A stretch of 64,000 bases of DNA from Candidatus Magasanikiibacteriota bacterium (GTDB taxonomy: Bacteria; Patescibacteriota; Patescibacteriia; Magasanikbacterales; UBA922): contig JAKITS010000001.1 of NCBI GenBank assembly GCA_021648085.1, positions 618,759-682,758 of the forward strand, in the 5' to 3' direction. The notes under the pieces were generated by a model. The model saw nothing but the letters and a program-made list of their open reading frames with translations. It was not told the DNA's origin and made no database searches. Made by a program: the position numbers and the translations under genes. Below, piece by piece: positions 60,314 to 64,000 of the stretch (position 1 is its first letter; each line of letters starts with the position of its first letter).

Positions 60314-61219
60314 CTATTCACCGGGGTTCATATAAGAATTATCTTCAAAAATATCCAACAAATAATGAAGTTTAACCTCTCTCACATTACTTGTTTGTAT
60401 AAAACTTCTCAAATCAATATGCTCCATATCTCCAGACCTAAACTGAGATAAAGTTAGAGGAATATAACCAACAGTCTGATCACCATTTAAAAGCTCTACA
60501 ACAAATAGTGGCTCCCAGAATCCATAAGCAGAATTGTTTATAATATCAAATTCAATTCTGTTTACTGGAACTGCATTTTCCACCAAACTTCCTCTAGTGA
60601 AATTAAAATTCTCTACAAAAAAATCTGTCCTACTTGATACAAATCCAATTGGATCTGTAGAAATGTGAGGCCCAACCCTCTTCCACTCTATATTTTCTAC
60701 AACCAACCTAACATTTGTAGGAAAAACCACAGAACTTAACCCAAAATAAATAACTGGGGACTCTGTGTTTGGCAATACAATAACACTTCTACTGTCTGTT
60801 TCTCCTCCGGAGAATAAAAATTTATAAGTTATTTTAGCTCCCCACATTTTATTTGGATTTGCAACTTTAGCAGTTAGGTCGTATTTTTCTTCTGCACTTC
60901 TAAATACTTTTGTGCCAGAGACTCTAAAATTTGATGCTGAATAAATTGGTTGCAAATTTGTGTAATTTTGAAACAAAACTGTTTGTTCCACAAGTTGATT
61001 TCTATCTACCCAATAATCATAAGATAGATATTTAACCCAGCCAAACAAACCGAAACCTAAAAATACAACGCAAAAAGAAACCAAAATACCAATTCCGATT
61101 TTTCTAAGTAAAATTCTGTGGGCAACAAACCACTGTGCCAACACAAGCTTTCTACTTGATATTTCTTCTCCTCCACCGCCATTATAGCGATAAATATCTG
61201 ACTTTTCTTTTTGAAACAT
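60314..61219 (-). CDS. Membrane-anchored hypothetical protein
   Basis: 301 aa with an N-terminal TM helix and an extracytoplasmic domain. Divergent from gyrB. Confidence 0.5.
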   Translation of the reverse strand: MFQKEKSDIYRYNGGGGEEISSRKLVLAQWFVAHRILLRKIGIGILVSFCVVFLGFGLFGWVKYLSYDYWVDRNQLVEQTVLFQNYTNLQPIYSASNFRVSGTKVFRSAEEKYDLTAKVANPNKMWGAKITYKFLFSGGETDSRSVIVLPNTESPVIYFGLSSVVFPTNVRLVVENIEWKRVGPHISTDPIGFVSSRTDFFVENFNFTRGSLVENAVPVNRIEFDIINNSAYGFWEPLFVVELLNGDQTVGYIPLTLSQFRSGDMEHIDLRSFIQTSNVREVKLHYLLDIFEDNSYMNPGE

Positions 61220-61299
61220 AATATAAAAAAGTTAATTTAATTATACACCAAAAATGTTCTAAATAACAGTACGCACTCTTGTGTTATATAGTTATATAG

Positions 61300-63381
<2,082 letters not shown>

Positions 63382-63405
63382 ATAAAAAAATATTTAAAAT
63401 AAAAA

Positions 63406-63433
63406 ATGTAGGAATAAAAACCTGCATTTTTTA
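63406..63433 (+). terminator. Rho-independent terminator after gyrB
   Basis: Hairpin atgtagg-aataaaaa-cctgcat followed by tttttt. Confidence 0.6.
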
Positions 63434-63505
63434 TTGACTTTTTTATTAAATAATGTTAATATTCTTTGTCGCGTAATTTCACGCTGACAAAAAAGGAGAG
63501 AGAAG

Positions 63506-64000
63506 GTGAATATTGTAGGAAATAAACACTCAAAATATATTCATATTTTAGTAGCAAAACAAAAAAGAGTTCAACTGATATTAGAAATTCAATTTAGTTT
63601 AAAATCTATTACAAAGACAGAGACAAAAAAAGAGGAATATCATTTATCAGAAAAAGTACTTTTTATCAGACCTTACCTCCTTATTAAAGGGGTGGAAGCG
63701 AAATACAACTTTCCCGCCGAAGCAAATGAATATGATTTGAGAAAAGCTTATCAACTAATGGTTCTTTTGGTAAATTCTATAAAAATTAGAGGTTTTAATT
63801 TTATAAGCAAAATAGAAGATGCACTCGAAGAAAAAAATTTGAAAAAGATTTCCAACTGGCTCGGCAAAGACCATAGTCAAGAGCAAGTTCAAGAAATGTT
63901 AAGTCGTAGACTAAAAAATCCTTTTAAAAAGAATATACGCTCTACAAGAGCAACTAAAACAACTACTGCAAACCTTCTTATAACAACAAAAGGTGAACCC
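63506..64000 (+). CDS. Hypothetical protein, 5' partial (GTG start after RBS aaaaggagagag; runs off the window end)
   Basis: Open frame of 165 codons with no stop before the window end. Upstream TTGACT/17-nt/TAATAT promoter at 63436..63465. Confidence 0.4.
   Translation, partial: MNIVGNKHSKYIHILVAKQKRVQLILEIQFSLKSITKTETKKEEYHLSEKVLFIRPYLLIKGVEAKYNFPAEANEYDLRKAYQLMVLLVNSIKIRGFNFISKIEDALEEKNLKKISNWLGKDHSQEQVQEMLSRRLKNPFKKNIRSTRATKTTTANLLITTKGEP

Overview
This is a 64 kb window of low-GC (about 30%) bacterial chromosome with short genes and short intergenic spacers. It contains many small membrane-anchored hypothetical proteins and uses the standard genetic code (TGA is used as a stop at 21492). 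The style resembles a reduced-genome, Patescibacteria/CPR-like organism, but that assignment is inference from composition and gene content only.

The left end holds the first ~437 nt of a 16S rRNA gene on the minus strand (the rest lies outside the window). The rest is housekeeping chromosome:
- Translation: trmD, rpsL-rpsG-fusA, rpmB, rpmF-nusB-rnc, rpmE, prfA-prmC, rplY, typA, trpS, rlmN, tgt, and a SpoU-type methyltransferase.
- Three tRNAs: Lys-CUU, Arg-UCG and Asn-GUU.
- Cell envelope: mltG, a FemAB-family gene, a PAP2 phosphatase, ddl, rodA/ftsW and secG.
- DNA metabolism: a uvrD/pcrA-type helicase, a PIF1/RecD-like helicase and gyrB.
- RNase J, ndk, mscS, and a peptide-binding ABC substrate-binding protein.
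- A four-gene glycan cluster (one polyprenyl-phosphate sugar transferase plus three GT4 glycosyltransferases) lying next to two giant membrane proteins.

Near-consensus sigma70 promoters (TTGACA, 17-nt spacer, TATAAT-like) and hairpin plus T-tract terminators can be read directly in many spacers. I found no transposase, integrase or CRISPR array.

The most unusual loci are:
1. A ~1.7 kb compositional island (51132..52868) carrying a 342-aa gene at roughly 50% GC against a ~30% background, with its own strong promoter, a long leader and a double terminator.
2. An array of five small membrane-anchored proteins (9441..12027), each unit bounded by a reiterated terminator-promoter cassette.
3. Two co-oriented giant envelope proteins (22892..27653), one with an N-terminal CCHC zinc-knuckle and a DUF4012-like region, the other with a poly-Lys/His cytoplasmic tail.
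4. A structured 310-bp non-coding region between convergent genes (22578..22891).
5. A near-identical 189-bp intragenic tandem duplication (55790..56167).
6. A 28-codon Cys-rich micro-ORF (6556..6642).

All coordinates and motif calls come from reading the sequence by eye and from the supplied ORF track; no database search was run.
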